64,000 nt of DNA from Azolla caroliniana. Its lineage: Eukaryota > Plantae > Polypodiophyta. Shown piece by piece: positions 24,874 to 38,289 of this stretch. The notes beneath the pieces were generated by a model. It ran no database searches, had not been told where the DNA came from, and saw only the letters and a program-made list of their open reading frames with translations. A program made the position numbers and the translations under genes. The DNA is taken from positions 3,534,001-3,598,000 of the forward strand of contig JBHGNT010000016.1 in assembly GCA_043228905.1 (NCBI GenBank), given 5' to 3'. Every line of letters starts with the position of its first letter. Positions within the stretch are counted from its first letter, which is position 1.

Positions 24874-27800
24874 GAAACAATTTTGGGGTACTAGATGAGT
24901 GATGCATAGCCCATTGGTAATGAAAGAATAGAGTTTCTCTCAAAACTTCTATTAAATTGGCAATAGTCAAAACATAAATAATGTTGGTATACTCATTATG
25001 AGTACTTGGTTATGCTTGAATAGTATATGTATATACTATAGACAAGCAATTCCCCTTGGATTATAGATTTGAGTAGTTAAAGATTTAACCAATCAAATGT
25101 GAATTAGGTGATAAAAGGATACATACAAAGGTTAATATACCAAATCCTCATGAAACAAGTACAACACATGCCATACTCACTTTCCACTACTCTCTTCCAA
25201 CAATTTCATCATTAAGTCTAGACTCTAGATACACGGGTGAACATCTTATGCATTCACTATGTGTGACACTTGACAAATATGCACCTCTTCACATAACCTT
25301 TGAATACACTCAACAATCTGTCTACTTGGCATTACATGCAAAGCCCCACAATTGTCTCACGAGACATGAGAAACTAATTTTACAAAATTTCCTAGAACTC
25401 GTGGGCACTCAACACAAATGCACAAATATATAATTTCAAGAGCCACAAATCAAGTTATGACTTTTTCTCAATATTACTGTGGAATCACATGTGAATGAGG
25501 ATAAGTTTGAGGGGCAAATCTTGAGCATACACACATATGTGCTCTCCTATAAGAGAATATCATGCATGAGGAGTATTGTGGAATATGGAAGCACATGGGA
25601 AAACGACTCATCATGTTCATACCACTATTGATAGTTGAAACTTTGTTCCAACAAAAGAGTTTAGATTCAATGTGATTGATCTTTTAAATGTGCAAATGAT
25701 CCATTATTAAGAGCAAAGCACTCCCACATCCACTGGAAGAGTGTAAGGCTTGATGTTAACTTGGCTCCCCATATGGCTTGGTCAAGGATTTTGAGGGAAA
25801 TGAGTTCACAAAAGGGGATCACGTGTGGAAGTGGTTGAACTTGGGTAGGCATTGGGATGGGCCAAAATGAAAAAATTTGCTCTCTTTTTATCTTTTATTA
25901 AAGTTTGTTAAATTTTGTTTCTTGAGCAAGTGAACAAGCTATAGAATGTAATGTACATATAGTTTTGTCTCAAATGCCACATTGGCCTTTTCATAGGGAT
26001 GTTGATGCAATTCTTTTTCTATCAATGGAAACATACTCTTGAAAACTCACTTGTTTATCCACATATCAAAATAATAAAAAAGTGTGACAAAAGTAAACAT
26101 ATTCCCCAATTGTGACGGTAGTAAGCCTTGAAGAAATGTGTTTAATCTTTATCTTGAAAAGAGTAGGTGTATCCATGTTCGCTTATAATATTTCCTTAGG
26201 ATCATTTACTGAAATTTCAACTTGGTTCCAAGAAGAAGTGGATACATTTTTGTAATTTGGTAATGAAACAATATTCATTGTTTTCTATATAGTGATGTAC
26301 GAAGATCGTAAATGAATTATTAATATAAATGACTTCAATGATCTATAATTATCCTGATTGTACATTATCTCCTATGCACAATTGGAGTTATAAGAAAATC
26401 AGATGAAAAATGGTGGGGGACAAGTTACTACAATAAACATGTACGAAAAGACAAGCCGAGGCAATTATGAACTCCTTACTCGTGTACCTAACATCCAAAT
26501 GGGTGCTGCCATGAGAAGCGAATGGAGGACATCTATGCTGAATTCTGTTTTGTAAAGTATGCGTTCGGGTAATGCTATGCGCATCAAATGTTGTGGTGTT
26601 TTGGAGTTGTTCTTTTGTTGTTTCATCTACACATATTATTTTCTTTTGACATGCAAGATGGCTTGTAAGATATGAGTTGTAAATTATCCCTTGTACATTG
26701 CCTTAACTAATGGAAGTAGTTTTTTTATTTTGGAATATTGGTTTCATTCTTATTCCCACGTATGGATAAAGTCTATTCCCCATAGGTGTATTCATGGTTT
26801 CTCGTTGTTATATAATTCCAAGCTGACTAGTAAAAATGAACTAATTATTTTATCGTTCCTACACACGTTGTCAGAAAAAACTAATAAATTTTAGGGGGAG
26901 CATATGCCATCAACCACATACAACATTTTAGGCCTCCAATCATACTCAAGTTACTTCACACTTCATCATTCCAAAAAACAATATTCATACAGTATAACTA
27001 GTATGCATCCAAGATTGTCAAACTTTCACACTATTAATGACAATATACAATACACCGCATACCACATAATAAATCCATGGTTAAATGTTTTGTTTAAAGG
27101 CATTATGAAATAAAGAAATAGAAATAAGCTACCCAATGTCCATACAACAATCACCATTCATGTTGCCTGAATAATAAATCTTTGCCATTTGAAGTTCTTG
27201 GATTGCTTGCTCTACTCACAAATAGTAATATAAATAAAGTGGAATTTGTTATGAACCAAGATTTATGTTTTGGGGAACTGATCAATGGTTCAATCTATGC
27301 TTGTTGCTTTTATATAGAGGGGATGTTTTGTTTTAAAAAAATAAGTTAAACGTTTAGGCTATAAACGTATAAGACCCTCATGTTATTACTTGTGATAGAA
27401 ACTCTTGACATGATGAAGATGTATGGAAAGCGTAAAGGGGTTGTTTCATTGGGTCTAATGTGAATCCAAGACTTTTATATTATATGCACACCAAAGACCA
27501 TTCTTACACTCGTACATGAAACAAAAGTCGATGCATAGCTTGTAGTTTTTGCTCCACTTGTTTCTCATATGATGTCATCTGGTTGATCAGATGTTGGTAT
27601 TAGCCTTTGTATCACAATAGAGGTGAGATGAAATGTCTCCTTTTGTTTTCTATATGTACATTTCTCAAGTAATATACTAAGGTGTATCCGTCTTTAAAAA
27701 AGAAAAACAAAAGTTGATGCAATCTTCTACTATAATTGACATTTTTATCTCAAGTTGTTTTTTGTGGAACTACAAGATTATGTTTGATGTTGTCAGCTAT

Positions 27801-29699
27801 TCACAATTGTCAACATTTGCACACATGGCCAAGATTTCATGACTATTCTAACAACTAACTAGCTAGTTGTGTTGGATTTTACCTATGACTGCAAATTTAT
27901 AGCAATACAGAAAATCGAATGCATACATATATACAAAATCTGAATTTGAAGTTACCTTGTCGTATCATACCTCCTCTCCTAAGCATAGTCCATGACGACC
28001 ACATCTCAAGCTCCATTGGTTCTTACTATTGTACTATATTCACGATTGGTGAATTGAAGTAGATACAACCCTCAAACACCTTTTCAACCATCACTTTCAT
28101 CATGTGTAATAAATCAATTTCATCTTCAAACATGTTTTGTTATGCAATATTTGTAATTGGCGGCAACTTGTACATTCACTAGCATTGAAGGGTAGATTTT
28201 TATGAAATTGCAATATGAATTATAGTCAATACATGAAAACATGAGAAGATGTGCTAATATAATGCTCACATCATGAGAGCTCCTCAACATTGTTCTTGCC
28301 ATCACATAGATAAGTTGCCATTGTCAAATTTAAATTTTGAGCATTTTGACATTTTATTGTTGCGTGATTGACAAAAACCGGTTGTTTCAACGATTTCAAT
28401 TTTAATGGCGGAAGATTGAAATTAAAGTAGCATGAGGTTTTAAAAGTTACGTTCGACATTGTGGTTCTTGTTATGTTCCATTTGAAGCTTGATGATTTCA
28501 AACCTTTCAAGTTTGCAACGAAATAACTTTGAGAGGTGGCGTGAAAAGACAAGAAATTTGCAATAGTTTCGCATGTGTGCAAAATATGTGAGCATCTAGA
28601 TGAAACTTAGCACAACCTAACTATGTTCCATAGGTCTAAGAACCCAATGCTCTTACTAAGCTAACAAATATAGTTGGAGTTATTAAGTGTGTAATCAAAG
28701 AAGGCATATGAAACATAACATGTCCATTACATTGAGACACCTACATTAAACACATGCCTTATGTCATTAGTAATCACTTGTTTTGGCTAAGTTATTTGGA
28801 TTTTAGTGGGCTTGTGGGACACTTGCATCAGGTATCAACACTATAGCCTTCAACGCAAACTCAAAGTTGTGTAACTGTGTTGATGGTATCATGAACAAAC
28901 TAGCTATGAGACTTACAGGAGAGGAGTCCAATCCGGCCGCACTATTTTATGATCATAACAAATATAACAAATAAAGGACTCGTTTGCTTTTCCCACACGA
29001 TACAACCTAGCGATAGTATGGTGGTACATGGTCTTCTACGTTGAAACTCGCGGACTTGAATCTGACGGGGAGTGGAGTGGAACTTAAAAGATGGAAAAGG
29101 TGGATGTCTATACATACATATATGTATAATGTAATAATGTATGTATGTGTATTTTCATCTAGACAAGAGGGAATTTTTCTATGTCATGAGGAAAGCATGG
29201 GGGTTTACATATGATATGGGCCAAAAACATTAGATAAAAAGAGAATTTTGGTTTCACATTAGGAGGTGTGAAAGGGCAGACTTTTGTTGTCCTAGAAATG
29301 AAGTGGGGGTGGGAGGGGGGCCCCCACCACAACCAGACACACCTTCATTTCTTTACTACACAATAATAGTACATAATTAATTCCAAGTTATATATGTATA
29401 ATGTACATACATATGACATATGCAAATGAGTAAAAAGAAAAAGAAAAAAACAAATTTCTCTTCTCATTTTTATGATTATGAATTTTCCCTTATTTGATTA
29501 AAAACAAGGCCCCCCCCCCCCCCCCCCCCCTGTTCCCCCTTCATTTGTTCATCAGACATCTATTATTATGATTATTATTATTCATTCATTCATTTATTAT
29601 TTAATTAAAATTCCATAATTCCAAAAACCCTTAAAAAAGCTCAAGCAAATCAGACCCCCATCTCCTTCTCAACAAAATCAGGGCACACAAACCAATTGG

Positions 29700-29701
<2 letters not shown>

Positions 29702-29750
<49 letters not shown>
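29702..29750 (+). repeat. (CT)n microsatellite in the probable IQD promoter/5' UTR
   Basis: Uninterrupted CT run upstream of a likely 5'-UTR intron ending TGTGCAG at 30237. Confidence 0.9.
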
Positions 29751-29755
<5 letters not shown>

Positions 29756-30258
29756 CCTCTCCTGTCAATCCATTCTATAAGAACTATCTGATAATTTTTG
29801 GTTCTTAATTGAATCCTTTCTTCAATCAATCAGATAGTTAGTTAGTCAATAAGTTAGGTACTAGCCTCCTCTCATGATTAATCTCTTCCCCATTCCCATG
29901 TATTCAAAATAATGTAACCTCCCTGTTCCTTTGTTCCTTTAATCATTCACACACCTGATCTCATGTTAACCTTCAGTTTTCTTTTAGTTTGATCGAATAT
30001 CCACGGGGTTATTGAAATAGTGAGTCATGGTTAATCTCACGTTAATCCTTTCTTTACTTTAATCTCATGGTTCACCCCGTGAGTGATGAGGCTAACCCCA
30101 TGTTAATCTTTCTGACTTTTGATTAATCTCATGGCTCATTCGTGATTAGTGAGGTCAAATGAGAACTTGAGCTCTTAAATTGATTTGCAAATTGCTGTAC
30201 ATTTTGTTGGTTAATTGGGCCTTCTGTTTGTGTGCAGGGGGCGGCTGCTAAATCCCCC

Positions 30259-32227
30259 ATGGGAGCCACTACAAGATGGCTCAAATCTCTCATTGGCATA
30301 AGGAAGAACAACAGCTCTTCATCATCCATGGCAGATCAACAAGAAAGCCATGTAAGCATTATGTATTAACATGAGAGAATAATAGAGAGAAAGAGACCCT
30401 GTATGACAGGCAGGGAGCTCGATCCCAGACAATGGCAACAGGGAAATTTGTTCCTTAATAACTAGAAAAGCCATTGATTTTCCTTTTGTGAGCTGAAAAT
30501 GTGCAGAAAATCTCGAAAAGCAAATCCAAGAGATGGCTCTTATGGAAGGCATCCAACCATGATAATCCAAACTTGAACAGTCATTGCATGGAGCCACATA
30601 ACTATAATTACTATGAGGGGAAGAACAGCAGCAGCATGTCTGCAAGATATGTTCATGGGCCCGATCACACCCACAATTTCCTGTCTACTGCTCCAAGCTT
30701 CATATACCACAATTATTCCAGAACACAATGGGCGGCAATACGAATCCAATCTGTCTTCCGTGGCTTTTTGGTATAAACTCGCATCCATCCGAACCCCTCT
30801 TAAGAGCATCAATAGTAGTAGATTTACAGTTAATAATTTGTTTTAGTCCATTTATTTTTGTTTTTGGACATGGTTCATCGTAAATTCTCTCTGACATTGT
30901 CTGATTCCCGACTTAAAAACCGCTATTTGTGGTCATGATCCGGAAGTTTTTTTGGACATTTCACCATTACCATTCCACTCAAATGAACACTACAACATCA
31001 AGATTGAGAAGGTTTTTTGGACATTTTCCCATTGCCATTCCACTCAAATGAACACTACGACATCAAGATTGAGAAGGTTTTTGGACATTTTCCTGTATTA
31101 TCTCAATAGCTAAGGTATGGATGGACCTAGATCTCTAGAGTAATTGACTCCATTAATGCACGGTTATGTGTATGCTCAGCCCTACTATAGCATGGATGGC
31201 CAATTGGTGGCCACAGCCTATAACCTGGACATAGACTTAGAGCTAGAAGGTTAATGGAAGGTAATGTGCAATCAATTGCATTAGTGTGCACATGAACATA
31301 GACTTAAAGCTAGAAGGTTAATGGAAGGTAATGTGCAATCAATTGCATATAACATTCTTGTGATCATGCATTGTACTGTTTTCAACAAAGAATAAGGATT
31401 CCTCAAATAACACTGTTTTAAGTACCCTCTTGACTCTATTGATTACCAGGCGAGACGAGCACTCCGAGCACTAAAAGCTATCGTAAGAATCCAAGCGATT
31501 TTCCGAGGGCGTCGAGTGAGAACACAATGCTATAATGCCAAAGTCATTTGTCAAGCTAGTTTGAATCAATTTCATGTGCATGAATCCAAGGTAAAGTACA
31601 AAATTTAATCAGAAGAAGCAAGTGGCTACTATTTCTTCATCTTTTGGTCTAAACTATGATCCTTACATTTGGTTCCATTGGCATGTATATGATTTACACT
31701 CATTTTAAATTTGTGAAATGAAGAAGAGAGAGTGGTGTGATTCTCAAGGAAGTGTTGGCGAAATCGAAGCAAGGCAACATCACAAGCATGTGGCCGCGAT
31801 AAGAAGGGAGCGAGCCATGGCCTATGCATTGTATCGTCGAGCAATGACGACAACCATTGCGAGTGAGGGACCTGAGTTCTGGCATTTGTGGCAAAGATGG
31901 CTTCGAGAACAAGACCTCGAAGAGGAAGAAAACAAGTCTACTAGAGCTGGCCCCGAGTACTTCTCTAGCCCTATTTCGCCCGCATCAAGATCAGTGTGTG
32001 CACACGAGCATGTTCGGGGTCCAAAGGATATTGTACAAGGCCGTGGAAACAAGAGTAGAGAGCAATCTCCCACGAAGCCCGGATACATGGAAGCCACGAT
32101 CTCGATGAGGGCTAAGTGTAGAAGGTGGGGAAGTGGTAAATGGCAACAAATCCCTTCTTCTCAAAGGAAAAGACATTCTTCCATGGCTTGCATGGACAAT
32201 AGCCACATACTTTTGCAATGCAACTAA
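30259..32227 (+). CDS. IQD: IQ67-domain calmodulin-binding protein; exons 30259-30351, 30507-30770, 31450-31590, ~31724-32227
   Basis: N-terminus MGATTRWLKSLIG. AAIRIQSVFRGFL|ARRALRALKAIVRIQAIFRGRRVR contains the phase-0 intron diagnostic of IQD genes. Also WCDSQGS, AAIRRERAMAYA and DUF4005-like PGYMEAT..RAK. All junctions are GT-AG and in frame; the exon 4 acceptor is ambiguous by 3 nt. Confidence 0.9.
30947..31350. repeat. Two short tandem duplications in IQD intron 2
   Basis: A ~64-bp unit TTTTTTGGACATTT...GATTGAGAAGG is repeated at 30947-31095, and a ~67-bp unit ACATAGACTTA.AGCTAGAAGG... at 31229-31350. Confidence 0.85.
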
Positions 32228-33115
32228 TTATCTATAACTTTGTTAGGTTGTTCCTTGATCGCCATAGATAAAACAAAAAAAAGTTTCTCTTTTGGTGCTC
32301 ACATAATGGGTTTGTTTTGGCTACAAGAGTAAAGTATGTTTGGTAGTCAATTCAACTTTGCTCACTTTTCCGTGGGGGTTTTCTCTCACTCTTCTAGTGA
32401 AAGCAAGTATAAATAATGGTTTCGATAAATCCAATGTTGTATATTGTATCTCATTTTTCTTGGAGCTAATTAAATAGAAGCAAACTTAGAGAATGAATCT
32501 TGGTTTACAGCCTTATCCTTATTGTTGTCCAATCCACTATCAATATTAGTGAGTCATTATGTTATTAAGTCCGAACCTTTTTAAAGTTAATTAGCCTTTC
32601 TATTAACCTTAGGTAAACTTTGCGTCTTACTTAAAGTGCACTTTCACTTTAATGTACTTTTCTTAGCTAACTTAATTTCATTTCTATTTATATTCTTTAC
32701 TTCAATATACAATGTATAATGTACTTGTCTTAGCTAACTTAATTTCATTTGTATATTTATTCTTTGCTTCAATATATGTCTAATATACTTTTCTTAGCTA
32801 ACTTAATTGATACATATGTGACTCGTCTTTTCTAAGAACATATTCCTAGTCAAAAACATGATAGACAAGTGTTGTATATACATATATCATATGTCATTAA
32901 CCTAAGAACAAAATACGCTTATACCTAACCTGTGTGGTGGAGTATATCTCATTAGGAGGATCTTCCGGGAAATTCTAGATGGAATTGCCTCCTCCTTGCC
33001 CTAGACAAGAGGGTGATGACAATATATCATACGTAACTCTTGATGAAGAGGCCACACCATATCATTAACATAAAAAAGAATTGATGGGCGTGAATTGACA
33101 TAATCATTTTATTGG

Positions 33116-33452
33116 TTACTCGTAAAACAAACTAAAGATTGTTCCAATATCTAATGGGTGGGTTTCATTTGTTACACATAACGCATTGGGTGATGTAAAA
33201 TAACATTCAACATGAAAAAGCTCCAGTAATGACTTAAAAAATGAGTACCACCATGAACCTATCCCGACAAAGGGTTTCGGTGCCTTCGCTAGTAAAGATG
33301 GTGTTGTTAGGAATAAAATGAGGCATCTTCGAAAAATGATCAATAATGACCAGAATTATGTCTTGACTCAAGAGATTGATAGTGATGACAAAATATCCAT
33401 AGAAATACTCTTCAAAGGTCCAATTGATAAAGGTAATGGGTGGATATGTCAA
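33116..33452 (-). mobile_element. Decayed Ty3/gypsy integrase remnant
   Basis: IILVIIDHFSKMPHFIP resembles the gypsy integrase consensus ILVxVDRFSKMAHFIP. Confidence 0.6.
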
Positions 33453-35073
33453 TGGAGCATGTGCATCTTAGCTTTTGCTTGAGACTATATATTACACAAA
33501 TGAACATACATCTTGATTAAGCAATACAGACTATGCCATCAATACTTTTTGACCAAAAAGTTCAAGTCTTGGCCACTCTAAAATATCTAACCTTGGGAAG
33601 AAGCTTGACGTGCTTGGAAAATGTGGAACTTGGAAGTACTATCTGGAACATATAAAAGCCTATCATAATATAAAAGATGATTTTGTATCTAGAAATGTTC
33701 ATGATCTAATCATATCTATTTGTGAGAATATGAAGTTGACCCGATATGTGAAAAGATGTATTGGGATAACAGGTTTGATGAGCGAGTTGATTTAATATAT
33801 CTTAGTAAAAGAGTATCATGAGGGGAAGTAGAAGTTAAAAGTTCGATGTTTTGAAAACCTAGTAATGTGTGTGAATTTCTATTCATATATTAGATCACAA
33901 TTGGAAATTTAAGATATTAGTAACTACTAATGGGACAATACATCAAATCTTTCCTTGAGGGATTATAGATTGTTCTTGATCATATATTGATGTCGGAAAA
34001 AGCTTGGTTATGTTGAAGCACTTGCTCATGGATTAAAAATCACTAATTGATTGAAAATACTCAAGATTTTGATGATTAGTGTAGACCACGATTGTGGGTA
34101 AATTCCTCGTAGAAAACCTCGCTAATCATAAAAGAATCAATAATTGCCAAAACTTCCCAAAAATAAATTGGATATTAAATTTTTGTAGCTATTTATTTTC
34201 TCATTGTGACGTCACAACTGTATCCATATCTCAGAACAAAACTCTACGTGACGTGATAGACGAGACTCAAACAATATCCCATCTTGAGACATTACCAATC
34301 AACAGAATAACAAAAAGTAAGGCTATGTTTAAAAAGCAAAACTTTGGGTGTTGAGAGGTCTAGAGCCTCAATTTAGTACAATCATCATCTCGTTTCAATG
34401 CTCCTTGAATCCTCTCTTTTTTGTCATTGCTACTTCTATTTTCATCCAACACAATTGACAACCTCAAGAGCTTATGTAAAGCTTGTGGATGCTTTGGGCA
34501 ACAATATTTTGCCCTGGTAATGGCGTGACAAAGATTGGGGGTGCTCAAAGACGTGTTCTCCAAGTTATTGGTTCAGACAGTTGTTTGCCCTCTTAGGCAC
34601 GAGAGAAGGAAGTTGTCATGATCCTTCGAGCTTCAAGTCATTGAATTAGTGGTTAAATGAGCCCTCTCTAACTTGTATCAACAAATTAGGAATGATTAAA
34701 ATAAACTCATTCAACCACAAACTCATTATTATTCCTTAATTAACTAAAGATTAGCAAGAGACTTAAGTGAAAATAAGAAAACAACTTAAAGGAGATGAGC
34801 AGAATCCAAAAAGTGACTTTTTATACTTCTCTCAAGAAAATGTTTTGCCCGAAGGCCCTTATATTATTGGGTGGATACAAATTTCTTTCCTTTTAAGTAT
34901 TGGTGCTCGGTGCTATTGTCTACTTTAAATGTTACAACTTTGAGGCTTGTTCCAAACTTCCAATGTCACCAAAAAGGTGCAAGGATTCAAAAGTATGGAA
35001 AATGCTTAACAACAATATTTATCATGTTTCAAGCTCTTCTTTGAGTACTCATTTAAGAGCTCCATCACTACAA

Positions 35074-35331
35074 CTCAAAAGTGACATGTATGTATATGTC
35101 ACCTACGATTGCCCTATTACTGCATCTAAGGAACTATGCCTACTGCTCATCACAACAACTTGAAAGTGACATGAATGACCACTCAAAGGTGAACACATAT
35201 ACACCACCTAGAATTGTCCTATTACTACATCTAAGGGATAATGTCTACTGCTCTCAATAGGGCGCCTCAAAGTGACATGAATGCACCATGTAGAGTTGCC
35301 CTATTGCCGCATCTAATTAGGAATGATGTCT
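35074..35331. repeat. Degenerate tandem repeat, ~3 copies
   Basis: AAAGTGACATG...TTG(C/T)CCTATT.C..CATCTAA...ATG.CTA repeated three times. Confidence 0.7.
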
Positions 35332-35515
35332 AAATATCATTATCGAAGAAAAACCAGGAAATGTTGGGAGAAGACTCTTCCTAGTCCATAAGAAGGGGGA
35401 GATGATTTATTATGAAAGTACTAGAAAAAAAGGGGAGTTCACATTCACCTTCAAGGGATGAAATCAGACGACAAAGAATGGATAGTGAGTAGCTAGTGCG
35501 AACGACAGCCATGCA

Positions 35516-35851
35516 CACTAGTAGGAATAGACAAGGGTTTGATTTCGGCTTAACCATTTTGGCCTTGTCCAAACCATACCAGTTAAGCCTTAACCGGTTT
35601 GGGAGTTTCCAAACTTGAACTGAACCGGTTCCTAAACCAATTAAGGGTAACTGGTTTAGCCAAGCTGATTAAGCCTTAACCAGTTTGGCCCTAATCAGTT
35701 CGGTTCGGCTTGAGCCATCCCACAATGGGCTCAAACCGGTTAAGGAAGCTCAAGCCTAAACCGAACTGTCAAATCGCCAAACAGTTTAAAAACGGTTCCA
35801 CGGTTCGGTTTAGGCTTGAGTCGAGCCATTGCCGATTCCTACACGCTAGTG
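35516..35851. mobile_element. MITE-like element with AACCG(G)-rich interior
   Basis: Imperfect TIRs CACTAGTAGGAATAGACAA / TTGCCGATTCCTACACGCTAGTG, and many TTAACCGGTT/AAACCG subrepeats. Confidence 0.6.
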
Positions 35852-36071
35852 TTTATAATGTGAAGAAGCCAGACACTGACCATCCAAAACTGAGGTTACA
35901 TAAAATGATGGCAACCAAGATCTCACTCATGTACCACTAGGCAAAACTCTAGGAGGCATGTGTATGTATGTATGTCATGACTCATGTCATGTCATGTCAT
36001 GTATATATGTATGTATGAATGATATGTATATCCGGTGTGTATTATTATTTGTTTTGGCATTATTATTATTA

Positions 36072-36325
36072 GGGAAAAGTACCAGGATACCCCTGGAAGT
36101 TCGTTTATTTACCAGAATGCCCCTGAAAGTTCCAAATTTACCAAACTATCCCAATGTCTAAAAAATTACACTTTATAAAATAATTATACATTCAAATCTA
36201 CAAGCCCTATTTACCAAATATGGAAGAAATGGAACCGAAGTAGCCCTATTTACCAAAGATTTGAGTGTATAATTACTTTATAAAGTGTAATTTTTTGGAC
36301 ATAGGGGTATCCTGGTACTTTTCCC
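36072..36325. mobile_element. Mutator-like MITE (foldback)
   Basis: Perfect 23-bp TIR GGGAAAAGTACCAGGATACCCCT plus a ~46-bp internal inverted pair. TTATTATTA (9 bp) flanks both sides. Confidence 0.82.
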
Positions 36326-36912
36326 TTATTATTATTATTATTATTATAAAGATATCTATTTTTTATATTGTTTTGGCATTTGTTGAAACGCCAGGAGGTG
36401 GTTTTAACTTTTAAGCATATTCCGGTTTTTAAAAAAATGAATAAATCATGGAAGATTGGACAACATTGAGATGAGAAGAGAGCCTTACCGAGTTTTGGCA
36501 AAACCCTAATTTTCAGGGAGCAATATGCAGAAAGAGGTCTCAGTTAAGAATGTATGTGTTATATAGGAAGAGCAAAAGATGTAGGCAAACCCTAAAATTC
36601 CAAGGAACCAATGTTTGTTGTTGTTCGCTGTTTCAGCTATTCCCTGCAGGTCGTTCCCTATTCGCTACTCGTCGAATACATTTTTTCAAAAAGAAAAAAT
36701 TTAGGGGAAAAAAATTTAACGAATATTTGAACATGCATTCTTATGCGTATCCGTTGGTATTCGTGGGGGAGGCCCCATGAATGCGAATATGTCAATCTAT
36801 GCTCCCCCGTTAACATGACATTCATTGTCTCCTCAAAATACACTCTCTCGTTACGGTCTATTTTCATTATGAAATATATTGTGATAAATGTAAAACATCT
36901 GACACTAAATGG

Positions 36913-37100
36913 TTGAAAAGAGTTGTAGGGGAGTGGATGAGGTGTTGTCGTGGGGAGGCTAGTTGCAAGTTATGTGGATATCTTTTGGAATCGATCCCTC
37001 ACTATTTTTGGAATTGTGTAGAGGCGATTGGCATTTGGGGTAGAAGTCTCGGGATCGTGGCAACTTGTGGTATTAATGGGAAAGTTATGTGGGGGTCTTA
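36913..37100 (+). mobile_element. LINE zf-RVT fragment
   Basis: VGEWM...CKLCGYLLESIPHYFWNC...IW, homologous to the motifs at ~23340 and ~48300. Confidence 0.65.
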
Positions 37101-37102
37101 TT

Positions 37103-37737
37103 GGCAAGCGCCGGAGTCACAACAACGTGAGTGCTGAGATGGGCCTATTGAGCAGACATGCCGACCGAGAGGGTCGAGGCGCGCAGAACCAAAGGGGTCG
37201 CTTCAAACGGGATCGGACCAGACGAGGAGCTCGAGAAAGGCGGAGTAACGCCAGGAGAAGTCGGTTGGAAGAACCAACTGCCACAGAGGTCGACACTACG
37301 ACCCCACCTCAGGTTGAGCTTGAGGGGGAGTGTTGAGCGGCAAGCTCAACCGGAGCCGGATCGACTGAATAAGCCGGAGCCGGTAAGCAAGACAGATCGG
37401 GCAAAACGGATCGGTATTACGGTGAGCAACCGAACCGGCAAGCAGTGGAGGCCGGGTGCAATCCGTAACCAGAAGTCCAATCGGAAGCCTAGTATAGGAT
37501 AGACTACTAGGTAGCTATAGTCTCGTAGTAAGTGTCAGATGCTCGTGTGAGCATTGAAGTACATGGTACTTCTGTCAGTCCCAAGAGGACTTGTATAAAT
37601 AGTGCTACTTAGCACGGTGTATGTACATAGTTTTGATATAATTTTAAAATTGTGTTCTGCTCTCTCTGTTTGTCTCTCTCTCTCTCTCTCTCTGTGTTGT
37701 TCTCTGTTTTACGCTTCCGCAAACACTTACGTTCTCA
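37103..37737 (+). mobile_element. 5'-truncated copia fragment: 3' internal region, PPT and LTR (37331-37737)
   Basis: Homologous to 11911-12592. The PPT TTGAGCTTGAGGGGGAG precedes TGTTGAG...TTCTCA. Confidence 0.82.
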
Positions 37738-37911
37738 GCAGGGTACATATTACCATGATCTCGTCCGAGTGCACACATGGGTATTCTAGTTCATATGCGA
37801 ATGAACATCGTCACATAACATGCATTGGCGACGAAACCGGGCCATGTTTTCAACATTCCATTACATGGTTCGAGCCAGTAGTACAGAGGGTACTTTCTCT
37901 AACACCGACAT

Positions 37912-37983
37912 GTCGTTGTAGTATAGTGGTTAGTATTCCCGCCTGTCACGCGGGTGACCCGGGTTCGATACCCGGCAACGGTG
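37912..37983 (+). tRNA. trnD-GUC: tRNA-Asp(GTC), copy 1 (variant)
   Basis: GTCGTTGTAGTATAGTGGTTAGTATTCCCGCCTGTCACGCGGGTGACCCGGGTTCGATACCCGGCAACGGTG. It differs from copy 2 at 3 positions, including a terminal acceptor pair that becomes G:U. TTTT lies at 38042. Confidence 0.88.
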
Positions 37984-38289
37984 CGAAGGGCGAGGCAAAT
38001 CTCCTCTCATCTTCTAGGCCATTCCTTCTCTTACCGCCAGATTTTATACCCCTTACGAAGACTTGGGGGCATACAGTGGGTCGTCAGCGAGGCGGGTCGT
38101 CAGCGAGGCAGGGTACATATTACCATGATCTCGTCCAAGTGCACACATGGGTATTCCAGCTCATGTGCGAACGAACATCGTCACATACCATGTATTGGCG
38201 ACGACACCAGGCCATGTTTTCGATATTCCGGTACATGATCCGAACAAGTAGTACTCACCACTATTCTACACTTCCTCTAACACCAACAT

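Noticed and set aside
23700-29000. Short ORFs in the long AT-rich interval
   Set aside because: No consistent domain or splice pattern beyond one possible MULE motif. Probably old TE debris.
37738-37765. GCAGGGTACATATTACCATGATC resembling the animal U1 snRNA 5' region
   Set aside because: It lacks the ATACTTACCTG 5' end, the plant U1 stem-loops and an Sm site, so it is probably coincidental.
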